DNA of 64,000 nucleotides from a plasmid: sequence record NZ_CP014527.1; one strand, 5' to 3'. Shown piece by piece: positions 28,926 to 38,264 of this stretch (position 1 is its first letter; each line of letters starts with the position of its first letter). The notes under the pieces were generated by a model. It saw only the letters and a program-made list of their open reading frames with translations, ran no database searches and was not told where the DNA came from. The position numbers and the translations under genes were made by a program.

Positions 28926-29498
28926 TCATTCATCAACTTCGTGAACAGAAAGTCCGCGAGCTGCGGCTTCAGCAAAAATAACACGCTGGGTAAGAGACGA
29001 TTCAAAAACAGGAACATCTGGATAAGCTGCCAGCGCCTCACGCACATCGCACCCGATTGCCGTATTTGATATTTTGCGATTTATAACAAATGCGTATTTA
29101 AGGTTTTCTTTAAAAACAATCGCTTCGCCAATAAGCTTGACGACCTCATCTGATGCCCATATGTCGTAAGGCGATGGCTGTGTAGGGATCAGAACAACAT
29201 CGGCGGCCATAACGGCAGATCGGGCTAAATCAGTGACACGGGGTGGCCCGTCAATCACAACGTGATCATAGCCATAGCCAATCTGGCCTATCTCTTTATG
29301 CAATGTTGGACGTGGAAGACCCGCAACTGAAAGCAACGGTGCCGCTTCACGAGCCGCCGCTCAATCAAGGCTGCTGCCTTGCGGATCTGCATCAATCAAC
29401 AAGACACGCCCACCACGACGCGCCAGACTTGCCGCAACATTGACACTGAGTGTTGTTTTCCCAACACCACCCTTCTGATTCAGAAACCCGACAATCAT
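28926..29498 (-). pseudogene. parA: ParA-family partition ATPase with in-frame TGA at a conserved Trp position
   Basis: [45 protein letters not shown] then TGA at 29361-29363, then ..AAAREAAPLLSVAGLPRP.. to 28926 in the same frame. The stop sits where ParF-type ParA proteins have Trp (DTDPQMSLTNW). Confidence 0.65.
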
Positions 29499-29803
29499 GT
29501 GCGCAGTCCTTCATGATTTAAGGAAAATACTTTTTCTTTAAATCATGAAAACTGTCAAAGGTAAAACAACAGAATGAGGTACATCACCCCGTCGTAGAAA
29601 TAGCTGTTTTTACGACGTGGCCACTCCAGCTACAGGTAAAAGCTGTTCCGGATGCGGATGGTAAAATAACAAATAGAATCAGTGCATTAAGCTGGACAAA
29701 AGATAACCCGGGGATATATGTCATACGTATACATCTACAAGACCCGCGCCCCGGCCTGCACACCACAGGGCCGGGGCTGCCCCATAAATCAGGGAGAACC
29801 CCC

Positions 29804-32800
29804 GTGACAGACTTCACCAACACCCCGGGCCAGAAAGACACCTTTGTCGGGACCGATAACTGGGACAGCGTGTCTTATTCAAACACCGACAAGCCGGTGC
29901 AGGTAACGCTGCGGGCTGCGGAGTATGTGGACCAAGCCCGCGAAACCGCCCTAATAAAACACCTTGTTTTTAATCATGATAGTTATGGACCTCCCCCTGA
30001 CTTTTCGAACCTGAAGCCTTACATGGTGCGGGTTGCGAGGGATGTCACGGTCTATGTGGGTGGTGTGGCCGAGGACACCCTGCGCGACATCGAGAGTGTG
30101 ACCGGCGGGTCCGGGCACGACACCCTGGACGGCGGTGACGGGAACGACACCCTGGACGGCGGTGCCGGGAACGACACACTGAAGGGCAGTGCCGGGAACG
30201 ACCGACTGTACGGCGGTGCCGGGAACGACAGCCTGACCGGCGGTACCGGGAATGACACCCTGGACGGCGGTGCCGGTGATGATGTGGCCGATTACGGTGA
30301 CAAGAGCGCCCCGGTGAAGGTGACGCTGCGCGGTGCGGAGGATGCCACGGTCTATGTAAACGGCGTGGCCGAGGACACCCTGCGCAACATCGAGAATGTG
30401 GACGGCGGTTACGGGAATGACGAACTGACCGGCGATGCTAACGACAACCGCCTTGACGGGGGTGCGGGTGACGACACCCTGTCTGGCGGTGCCGGGAACG
30501 ATATCCTGTCCGGTGGTGACGGTGTGGACTGCCTGTCCGGTGATGACGGCGAGGACACGCTGAAGGGCGGTGCCGGGGATGACCTGCTGCACGGGTACGC
30601 CGGGGCTGACACCCTGCTGGGCGAGGACGGTGACGACCGGCTGTATGGCGGTGCTGGCACGGATACTCTGGACGGCGGAACCGGCGATGACACCATCAAG
30701 GGCGGGGACGGCAACGATACCCTGCGCGGGGGTGAAGGTAATGACACGCTGAAAGGTGATGCCGGCGATGACACCCTGACCGGCGGCGCGGGCGCGGACC
30801 GGTTTGTATTTGCCTCTGCGGCGGAGACGGTGGGCGATGTGATCACCGACTTCAAGGCCGGGGAAGACCGGATCGACCTGTCCGGCGCCGGGGATTTAGT
30901 GTTCAGCGAAGACGGTGCCCACGAACGGGCGCTGTGGACGGTTGTTGAGGGGGAAAACCTGCGTCTTCTGGGCGACACCGACGGCCATGTGGACAGCGCG
31001 GACATCAACATGCTGCTGCAGGGCGTAACGTCTGTGGGGGCCGATGCGTTCGGCTTCCAGGCGGCGCTGCGGTCCGGGGTTCTGGACAGCGGGAACCAGA
31101 CCGGTCCGGTGACGCTGGACCTGTCCAGCCATCCGGCAATCCAGAAAGCCCGTGGTGGTGCGGGCGATGACCGGATCACCGGCAATGCCCGCGACAACCA
31201 TCTGCAGGGCGGAACCGGCGCCGATGTTCTGGTCGGCGGAGCTGGATCCGATGTTCTGGACGGCGGGGCTGGCGCGGACACCCTGACCGGCGGATCGGGC
31301 GCGGACCGGTTTGTGTTTGCCTCTGCGGCGGAAACGGTGGGCGACGTGATCACCGATTTCGAGGCTGGGGAAGACCGGATCGACCTGTCCGGTGCCGGGG
31401 ATTTGGTGTTCAGCGAGGACGGCCCGCGGGCCGGTGCGCTGTGGACGGTTGCAGAAGGTGAAAACCTGCGCCTGCGCGGGGATACCGACGGTGATGCCAC
31501 AACAGCCGAGGTGGACATCCTGTTGTCACAGGCCAGTCACCTGGGTGCCGCTGATGTCGGAGCCACGGTTGTGGCCCGGGGAACCACCTTGGATGCGACC
31601 TCGGCGACCGCAGCCGTGACCCTGGATCTGGCCGCTTTTGCCGGGACCGATACCGCCATCGGCGGTGCCGGAGACGACACCATCCTTGGAACAGAAGGCG
31701 ACGATACCCTGAGTGGCGGTGCGGGCGATGATACCCTGACAGGTGATGAGGGTCATGATGTCCTGACCGGTGGTGCAGGCCATGACGAACTGACCGGCGG
31801 GGACGGCGATGACACCCTGACCGGCGGTGCAGACGGCGACCGACTGACCGGTGGAGCCGGGGCGGACCGGTTTGTGTACACCACGGCGGCAGAAACCCGG
31901 GGCGATGTGATTACCGACTTTACGGTGGGTGAGGACCGGATCGACCTGTCGGCTGTCGGGGATTTTGTGTTCAGCGTTGAAGGGCCCCGGGCCCGTTCAC
32001 TGTGGACGGCACGGGATGAAAACGGCCTGCACCTGCGCGGGGATACCGACGGTGATGCCAAAACAGCCGAGGTGGACCTGACCCTGAGCGGGGTGGAAAG
32101 CCTGAAATCCTTTGATCTTGGCCTGATGCCGGTCTGGGGCAATGCCCTGGATGTCAGCACATCGGAGGTCGGGGTGACCGCCGACATGCGCCGGCATGCC
32201 GATATTGCCAGCATGACCGGTGGGCGGGGCGATGATGTGTTCACCGGAACCTCCGGCAAGAACGCCCTGTTCGGCCAGGACGGCAACGATACTCTTGATG
32301 GCCACGAAGGCGATGACAGCCTGTATGGCGGCGCGGGTGCCGACAGACTGACCGGTGGTGCCGGCCATGACCGGTTTGTGTACACCACGGCGGCAGAAAC
32401 CCGGGGCGATGTGATCACCGATTTCAAGGCCGGGGAGGACCGGATCGACCTGTCGGCGGTGGGTGAGTTTGCCTTCAGCGAGGGGGGCCCGCGGGCTCGT
32501 TCCTTGTGGTTGCGTCGCGGCGAAGATGGATCTATGCGCCTGCTGGGTGATACCGATGGCAATGCTGACACGGCAGAGGTTGACCTGCACCTGGGCGTGG
32601 TCGAGAGTCTCACCACCCATGACCTTGGGGTTACTACCCGTATTGCCGGGGACATGATTGACGCCGGTCTGGCCACAGATTCGGTCGAGCTGCATGTGAC
32701 CGACTGGACCGGGGTCCGGAAAGCCCGGGGCGGTGCCGGGGCTGATGTCCTGACCGGGAATGACCGCAACAACCACCTGTATGGCCAGGGCGGCGACGAC

Positions 32801-33271
32801 CGCCTGTATGGTCGTGACATGGACGATCACCTTGACGGCGGTGACGGAGACGATCGTCTGTATGGTGAAGGCGGCGACGATACCCTGGAAGGCGAGGCCG
32901 GGAACGACACGCTGGAAGGCGGTGACGGCAACGACAACCTAAAGGGTGGATCCGGCGACGACCTGCTGCAGGGCGAAAAAGGCAACGATGTCCTGGAGGG
33001 TGGAACCGGCCATGACACGCTGGAAGGCGGTGCCGGGTCCGATGCCCTGGACGGAGGCGACGGGGATGATGTCCTGCGTGGTGGCGAGGGTGCGGATACC
33101 CTGACGGGCGGTGCCGGTTCTGACCGCTTTGTTTATAACACGGTGTCGGAAACTACGGGTGACCGGATCACCGATTTCACCTCTGGCGAGGACCGCCTGG
33201 ATATGTCTGCCCTGGGAGCCTTTACGTTCAGCAAGGAAGGCCCGCGCGGGAGAAGGCCTAGACAGCCCTGA
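29804..33271 (+). CDS. giant RTX-type calcium-binding exoprotein, part A (T1SS-substrate-like tandem modules)
   Basis: GTG start with RBS. Dozens of GGxGxDxLxG nonapeptide repeats. About 190-aa modules each end in a ..DVITDF.AGEDRIDLS..FS.EGPRA..LW..E.LRL.GDTDG.. motif that resembles the type-I-secretion C-terminal target domain. The reading frame is lost at 33240-33262. Confidence 0.75.
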   Translation: MTDFTNTPGQKDTFVGTDNWDSVSYSNTDKPVQVTLRAAEYVDQARETALIKHLVFNHDSYGPPPDFSNLKPYMVRVARDVTVYVGGVAEDTLRDIESVTGGSGHDTLDGGDGNDTLDGGAGNDTLKGSAGNDRLYGGAGNDSLTGGTGNDTLDGGAGDDVADYGDKSAPVKVTLRGAEDATVYVNGVAEDTLRNIENVDGGYGNDELTGDANDNRLDGGAGDDTLSGGAGNDILSGGDGVDCLSGDDGEDTLKGGAGDDLLHGYAGADTLLGEDGDDRLYGGAGTDTLDGGTGDDTIKGGDGNDTLRGGEGNDTLKGDAGDDTLTGGAGADRFVFASAAETVGDVITDFKAGEDRIDLSGAGDLVFSEDGAHERALWTVVEGENLRLLGDTDGHVDSADINMLLQGVTSVGADAFGFQAALRSGVLDSGNQTGPVTLDLSSHPAIQKARGGAGDDRITGNARDNHLQGGTGADVLVGGAGSDVLDGGAGADTLTGGSGADRFVFASAAETVGDVITDFEAGEDRIDLSGAGDLVFSEDGPRAGALWTVAEGENLRLRGDTDGDATTAEVDILLSQASHLGAADVGATVVARGTTLDATSATAAVTLDLAAFAGTDTAIGGAGDDTILGTEGDDTLSGGAGDDTLTGDEGHDVLTGGAGHDELTGGDGDDTLTGGADGDRLTGGAGADRFVYTTAAETRGDVITDFTVGEDRIDLSAVGDFVFSVEGPRARSLWTARDENGLHLRGDTDGDAKTAEVDLTLSGVESLKSFDLGLMPVWGNALDVSTSEVGVTADMRRHADIASMTGGRGDDVFTGTSGKNALFGQDGNDTLDGHEGDDSLYGGAGADRLTGGAGHDRFVYTTAAETRGDVITDFKAGEDRIDLSAVGEFAFSEGGPRARSLWLRRGEDGSMRLLGDTDGNADTAEVDLHLGVVESLTTHDLGVTTRIAGDMIDAGLATDSVELHVTDWTGVRKARGGAGADVLTGNDRNNHLYGQGGDDRLYGRDMDDHLDGGDGDDRLYGEGGDDTLEGEAGNDTLEGGDGNDNLKGGSGDDLLQGEKGNDVLEGGTGHDTLEGGAGSDALDGGDGDDVLRGGEGADTLTGGAGSDRFVYNTVSETTGDRITDFTSGEDRLDMSALGAFTFSKEGPRGRRPRQP

Positions 33272-35031
33272 AAGAGCAGAACAAGACCATTGTCGAAGAC
33301 GGGACCGTCTATTCCGGCGAGACACGGCGGGGAGATGCCGGGGCCAATACCCTCTCCGGCACACCGGGACCCGATACCCTGCACGGTGAAGGTGGTGATG
33401 ACATCATCTCCGGTGGATCCGGCGATGACATCCTGAACGGCGGGGCCGGTCATGACTGGATCTGGGGGGACGCCGGGAACGACACCCTGGACGGTGGTGC
33501 CGGGTGGGATCTTCTGGAAGGCGGAGCCGGAGCCGATACCCTGACCGGTGGCGAAGGGCGGGATATCTTTGCCTATGATACGGCAAAAGATACCGTGGGC
33601 GATGTGATCACCGATTTTATCCGGGGTGTTGATACCCTTGACCTGTCACAGATTGGCGGCCTGGCTTTCAGCGAGGACGGGCGCCGGGCCTATGCCGTAT
33701 GGACGCAGCGTGACGAACACGGAAACCTGCAGGTTCTGGGCGATATCGACGGCCAGGCAGAAACCGAGGAAATCAGCCTGACCCTGAACGGGCTGTCCGA
33801 TCTGGAAGCCAGGGATGTCAATCTTGGCCTGCAGATCAAGAACGGAAGCCTGGGCAGCAAAAAAGACAGCCTAGAGCCGGTCGTGATTGCTCTGGATCCG
33901 ACAACCACGGTTGTCAACGCCGATGGCAGCAATTTTGATGACCGTCTGAGCGGGGATGACCGCGACAATATCCTGCGTGGTATGGGTGGTGATGATGTCT
34001 TGGAGGGCCGTGGCGGCTGGGATACGCTGTACGGCCACACCGGAAATGACACCCTGCGTGGCGAAGGCGGCCAGGATACCTTGCACGGCGGGGACGGCAA
34101 TGACCGTCTGTACGGTGGCGACGACAACGATACCCTGAACGGCCACACCGGGAATGATGTCCTTCATGGCGATGGCGGGGCGGATACCCTGAACGGCGAC
34201 GGCGGGAATGATGTTCTGAACGGTGGCGAGGGAGAGGATATCCTGGACGGCGGGGACGGCGAGGATACCGCCGACTATGCGGACCGCAGCGGCCCGGTGT
34301 CGATTATTCTGCGCGATGGCCGGGACAGCAAGGCCCTGGTCAGCGGGCGGGCCGAGGATACGCTGCGCAACATCGAGAACATCACCGGCGGGTCTGCCGG
34401 CGACCATCTGACCGGAAACAAGGGTGCCAACATCCTCAAGGGCGGGGACGGCGATGACCGTCTGCTTGGCAAGGGCGGCGACGATATCCTAGAGGGCGGT
34501 TACGGCAAGGACGTGATCGACGGTGGGGACGGCATTGATACCGTCGATTATTCGTGGTGCCCCGGCTCGCTGGAGATCACCCTGGCCGGCGCAAAGACAG
34601 CGACGGTTCTGGTCGACGGCGAGGAAGAAGATACCCTGCGCAACATCGAAAATATTATCGGCGGGTTTGGTGACGATATCCTGACCGGTGACGACAAAGC
34701 CAACGTCCTGACCGGTGGTGAGGGCAACGACACCCTGACCGGCGGCGGCGGTGCCGACCGGTTTGTCTATACGCTGGACTCTTTCGGTGATGACGTGATC
34801 CTGGACTTTGACGCCGCCGGGGGTGACCGCATCGACCTTGGCATGAAAACAACCAAGGGCACCGGCCTGACCTGGAACGAAGGCGGCCCGCAGGCGTGGG
34901 CGGTATGGATGGAGAAAGGCGACGACGGCGTGGTCCTGTATGCCGACCTTGACGGCAATCCGGCCACCGAAGACATCAGCATCACCCTGCGCGGGGTCAC
35001 CGATCTTGACCAGAGCGCCCTGATCCTCTGA
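33262..35031 (+). CDS. continuation of the RTX-type exoprotein in another frame (part B, about 590 aa)
   Basis: Frame open from just after TAG 33259-33261 to 35031. It continues the same repeat architecture and ends ..ADLDGNPATEDISITLRGVTDLDQSALIL, like the downstream paralogue. Confidence 0.6.
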   Translation, partial: TALKEQNKTIVEDGTVYSGETRRGDAGANTLSGTPGPDTLHGEGGDDIISGGSGDDILNGGAGHDWIWGDAGNDTLDGGAGWDLLEGGAGADTLTGGEGRDIFAYDTAKDTVGDVITDFIRGVDTLDLSQIGGLAFSEDGRRAYAVWTQRDEHGNLQVLGDIDGQAETEEISLTLNGLSDLEARDVNLGLQIKNGSLGSKKDSLEPVVIALDPTTTVVNADGSNFDDRLSGDDRDNILRGMGGDDVLEGRGGWDTLYGHTGNDTLRGEGGQDTLHGGDGNDRLYGGDDNDTLNGHTGNDVLHGDGGADTLNGDGGNDVLNGGEGEDILDGGDGEDTADYADRSGPVSIILRDGRDSKALVSGRAEDTLRNIENITGGSAGDHLTGNKGANILKGGDGDDRLLGKGGDDILEGGYGKDVIDGGDGIDTVDYSWCPGSLEITLAGAKTATVLVDGEEEDTLRNIENIIGGFGDDILTGDDKANVLTGGEGNDTLTGGGGADRFVYTLDSFGDDVILDFDAAGGDRIDLGMKTTKGTGLTWNEGGPQAWAVWMEKGDDGVVLYADLDGNPATEDISITLRGVTDLDQSALIL

Positions 35032-35082
35032 CACCATACAGGCGCACCAATCGCCGGAACACTTCCGGCAAACACACAGAAA

Positions 35083-35112
35083 ACGCCACGGGCCAAAACC
35101 CGTGGCGTTTTC
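35083..35112 (+). terminator. intrinsic terminator after RTX gene 1
   Basis: gccacgggccaaaacccgtggc hairpin followed by gtttt. Confidence 0.5.
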
Positions 35113-35322
35113 ACGTCTAGCACACACCAGAAAAAACCATGATCCGTTATTTATGAGAGGTGCATATTTTTAGCTGATACTGTCTCTAAATGAGGGAACG
35201 TAATACAATATAATATAGTTATATTTTGCAGTTCTCGGGGCATCTACAATTGCGATAGCATCATAATGCGAGTATCGGGCTGCGGGAGTGTACTCGATAC
35301 CATATGGACCAAGGGGGATCGT

Positions 35323-36513
35323 ATGACAACAACAAAGAAAACCATGACTTATTATAGGTCATATCACGATTGGCTGCATGGGACTGAGGCGGATGACATT
35401 CTAACCGCTGGGGATGGTGATGACCACTTGGATGGCTGGGGGGGCAATGACACCCTCAATGGTGGGGGTGGTAATGACTGGCTGTATGGTGGGGCCGGTA
35501 ATGACATTCTGGATGGTGGGGACGGGCGCGACAGAGCTGTTTACTATGATAAGGAAGTCCCGGTGAAGGTGACGCTGCGCGGTGCGGAGGATGCCACGGT
35601 CTATGTGGATGGTGTGGCCGAGGACACGTTGCGCAATATCGAGGAAATTCGGGGTGGATCCGGTAATGATGTGCTGATTGGCGATGCAGAAAATAATACC
35701 CTGTCTGGCTGGTCTGGCGATGATATCCTGGACGGTGGGGATGGGGGTGACTACTTGCTGGGTTGGGCTGGCAACGATACCATTTACGGGGGTGGAGGCG
35801 ATGATGGTCTGCATGGCCATGATGGCGATGACCGTCTGTATGGCGGGGCTGGTAATGACCGCCTCGATGGCTTTGACGGCAATGACCTCTTGGTCGGAGG
35901 AGATGGCGATGACCACCTGGATGGATGGAGTGGGAACGACACCTTGGATGGTGGATCCGGGGCGGATTGGGCCTATCTTAGTAACAAAAACGCCCCGGTA
36001 ACGATAACGTTGCGCGGAGAAGAGGACGTCACAGTCTATGTAGGTGGTATTGCCGAGGATACCCTGCGCAACATCGAAAATCTGTGGACCGGCAACGGTG
36101 ACGATGTACTGATTGGCGATGCAGAGAATAACAAATTGTGGGGCAATGACGGCAACGACATCTTGGATGGTGGTTCTGGCAACGACACCTTGGATGGTGG
36201 ACGTGGCGCAGACCTTCTAAGAGGTGGTGATGGTGCCGATCTATTTCATTTCCTGGTAGATTTGCCTGGTCATGACGTGATTCTGGATTTTGACGCCGCT
36301 GCAGGTGATCGTCTCTCTATTGGCAGTATAGATGGTAGAATCAGGAAGTTGACTTGGAGCCCCGATGGGCCGCGAGAAGGGTCGGTGTGGATGGAAAAAA
36401 GCGATAATGATGTCGTTCTGTATGCCGATGTAGACGGGAGCTTGGCCACCAACAATTTCAGTGTCACCCTGCGCGGGGTCACCGATTTTGGGCCTGACGG
36501 CCTGATCCTCTGA
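35323..36513 (+). CDS. RTX-type calcium-binding protein, small paralogue (396 aa)
   Basis: ATG with aagggggatcgt RBS. Same ..VKVTLRGAEDATVYVDGVAEDTLRNIE.. and GGxGxDxLxG repeats, with a C-terminal ..DVILDFDAAAGDRLSIGS..LRGVTDFGPDGLIL like the giant gene. Confidence 0.75.
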   Translation: MTTTKKTMTYYRSYHDWLHGTEADDILTAGDGDDHLDGWGGNDTLNGGGGNDWLYGGAGNDILDGGDGRDRAVYYDKEVPVKVTLRGAEDATVYVDGVAEDTLRNIEEIRGGSGNDVLIGDAENNTLSGWSGDDILDGGDGGDYLLGWAGNDTIYGGGGDDGLHGHDGDDRLYGGAGNDRLDGFDGNDLLVGGDGDDHLDGWSGNDTLDGGSGADWAYLSNKNAPVTITLRGEEDVTVYVGGIAEDTLRNIENLWTGNGDDVLIGDAENNKLWGNDGNDILDGGSGNDTLDGGRGADLLRGGDGADLFHFLVDLPGHDVILDFDAAAGDRLSIGSIDGRIRKLTWSPDGPREGSVWMEKSDNDVVLYADVDGSLATNNFSVTLRGVTDFGPDGLIL

Positions 36514-36555
36514 TATCACACCGCCTGCCGGAACACATCTGACCAACATACTGAA

Positions 36556-36586
36556 ATGCCACGGCTCAAACCCGTGGCGTTTCAAC
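36556..36586 (+). terminator. intrinsic terminator after RTX gene 2
   Basis: gccacggctcaaacccgtggc hairpin plus gttt, a near-copy of the terminator at 35083. Confidence 0.5.
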
Positions 36587-36839
36587 ATCTAGGCACCGGA
36601 ACAAAACCATAAAAAGCTATTTTTACGACGGAGGGGATTTTCTGGCCACCAAATAAAATTACAGCCGCAGTCATTGATACAATAATTCAAAAAATAAGTA
36701 TTTCATTACCTAATTTAATACCCTATATAGATCATAAACTTATACTATTAACATTTGATATCAAAAATATTGCCTATTTATATAATTTGGAAATTACTAT
36801 TAAACCTTCTTATCACATTTATATTAGAATGATTTCAGA

Positions 36840-37520
36840 ATGATTGTTGTGGTTGGAGGGATAAAAGGCGGGTCAGGTAAAACGACTGTTGCCACAAATC
36901 TTGCAATTATTCGTGCCGCAGCTGGTAAGGACGTGCTTCTGGTTGACGCAGATGATCAAGAGACATCGACGGACTTCACCGCTTTGCGAAATGAATCCCT
37001 GGAAAAGGGTGCAGGCTATACCAGCATCAAATTAACGGGTGCAACCGTCAGAACGGAAATCCAGAGGCTGGCCAACAAGTACGATGATATCATCATTGAC
37101 ACAGGCGGGAGAGACACGACAAGCCAACGCGCAGCCCTCACTGTAGCGGATACGGTGCTTGTGCCATTTGTTCCCCGTTCCTTTGATGTATGGACACTTG
37201 AGCGCATTGGGCAGCTTGTCGAAGAAATGCGGGCGGCTAATCCGACCCTTGTCGCCTATACCTTCCTGAACAGAGCCGATCCTCGTGGGCAAGATAATGA
37301 TGCAGCTGCCGAGGTATTGCAGGAAACGGGGGCACTCATCTTTATTGATACGCCTCTTGGCGGGCGAAAAGCATATAGCAATGCTGCTGCTCATGGGCTT
37401 TCTGTTGTGGAGTTGAAGCCAGCAGACCAGAAGGCAGTAGAAGAAATTATGAAACTACACCGATTTGTTTTTGATATCAAAATAGCATCAAAAACAAATC
37501 AAGAAGCTATGGAGGTGTAG
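36840..37520 (+). CDS. ParA/MinD-family partition ATPase
   Basis: 226 aa (MIVVVGGIKGGSGKTTVATNLAI..LLVDADDQETS..) with a deviant Walker A box. It is preceded by a 240-bp very AT-rich region (36600-36840). Confidence 0.75.
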   Translation: MIVVVGGIKGGSGKTTVATNLAIIRAAAGKDVLLVDADDQETSTDFTALRNESLEKGAGYTSIKLTGATVRTEIQRLANKYDDIIIDTGGRDTTSQRAALTVADTVLVPFVPRSFDVWTLERIGQLVEEMRAANPTLVAYTFLNRADPRGQDNDAAAEVLQETGALIFIDTPLGGRKAYSNAAAHGLSVVELKPADQKAVEEIMKLHRFVFDIKIASKTNQEAMEV

Positions 37521-37522
37521 TC

Positions 37523-37801
37523 ATGGCTATCGCCAGAAAGCCGCAGAAAACAGAGGTCGGATCAGACGTTGATGTGGATGCTCTTATTAACAGAGGGGGC
37601 AGTGTTGCCCAAGTCAATCAACCCGCATCGGATGTGACGTTACCCGCTGAAAAGCAGGTGGCTTTGCGTATCCCTGTGAACATGCTTGGTGGCATAGACA
37701 GCAGACTCAAGAAGCGTGCTGTCCGCATTCCCCGCCATACATGGATTCTTGAGGCGATAGCCGAAAAACTGGAGCGGGAGGAGCAGGATCAAATAACATG
37801 A
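37523..37801 (+). CDS. ribbon-helix-helix protein (ParG-like partner of ParA)
   Basis: 92 aa (..VALRIPVNMLGGIDSRLKKRAVRIPRHTWILEAIAEKLEREEQ), 3 nt after the parA-like stop. Confidence 0.45.
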   Translation: MAIARKPQKTEVGSDVDVDALINRGGSVAQVNQPASDVTLPAEKQVALRIPVNMLGGIDSRLKKRAVRIPRHTWILEAIAEKLEREEQDQIT

Positions 37802-38264
37802 TCCTTTGTGCGGCTGGAAAGCTGCCATCAGCAATATATTTATCGTGTTGGTTGTTCTGGATTTGTTAAGCTTTGTTACAACGGCATAACCTGAACGAGA
37901 TGGAGACAGTGGTAGTATGGCAAAAGCAGCTGGAACGCCTTGCAAGAAAGCGGCAGATAATGACGAAGATGTCATTTTTGCGCGGATTGTCGCACCGAGA
38001 CATCTTTGGAACAAGGTACGTGTACACGGTATAATGCAGAAGAAGACCCTGCCTGAAATCTGTACAAGAAGCCTTGAGTCATACTTGCTTGTTCATGAAC
38101 ACAATGACCTGAATAAATTCCTTTTGTCTGCCAAGAAGATGAACATCGGCTTGTGGGACTATGTTGTTCACCTCCTTGAAGAAGCAGAAAAAAATAACGT
38201 TTCTGCGCTGAATGCATTTCTGACGCCATGCCAATACCACCCGGCATGGCGTTCTGATTCAGAT

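Noticed and set aside
29590..29625. Motif gctRtttttacgacg shared between the RTX-1 upstream region (29596-29620, with hairpin cgtcgta..tacgacg) and downstream of RTX-2 (36606-36626)
   Set aside because: Only about 15 nt shared and the second copy lacks the hairpin arm. Too short to call a repeat or att site without a genome-wide count.
30409..32830. Long minus-strand ORFs (369, 355, 277 aa) antisense to the RTX gene, Pro/Ser-rich
   Set aside because: Mirror images of the GGxGxD repeat codons and not plausible proteins. The sense-strand RTX reading is strongly supported.
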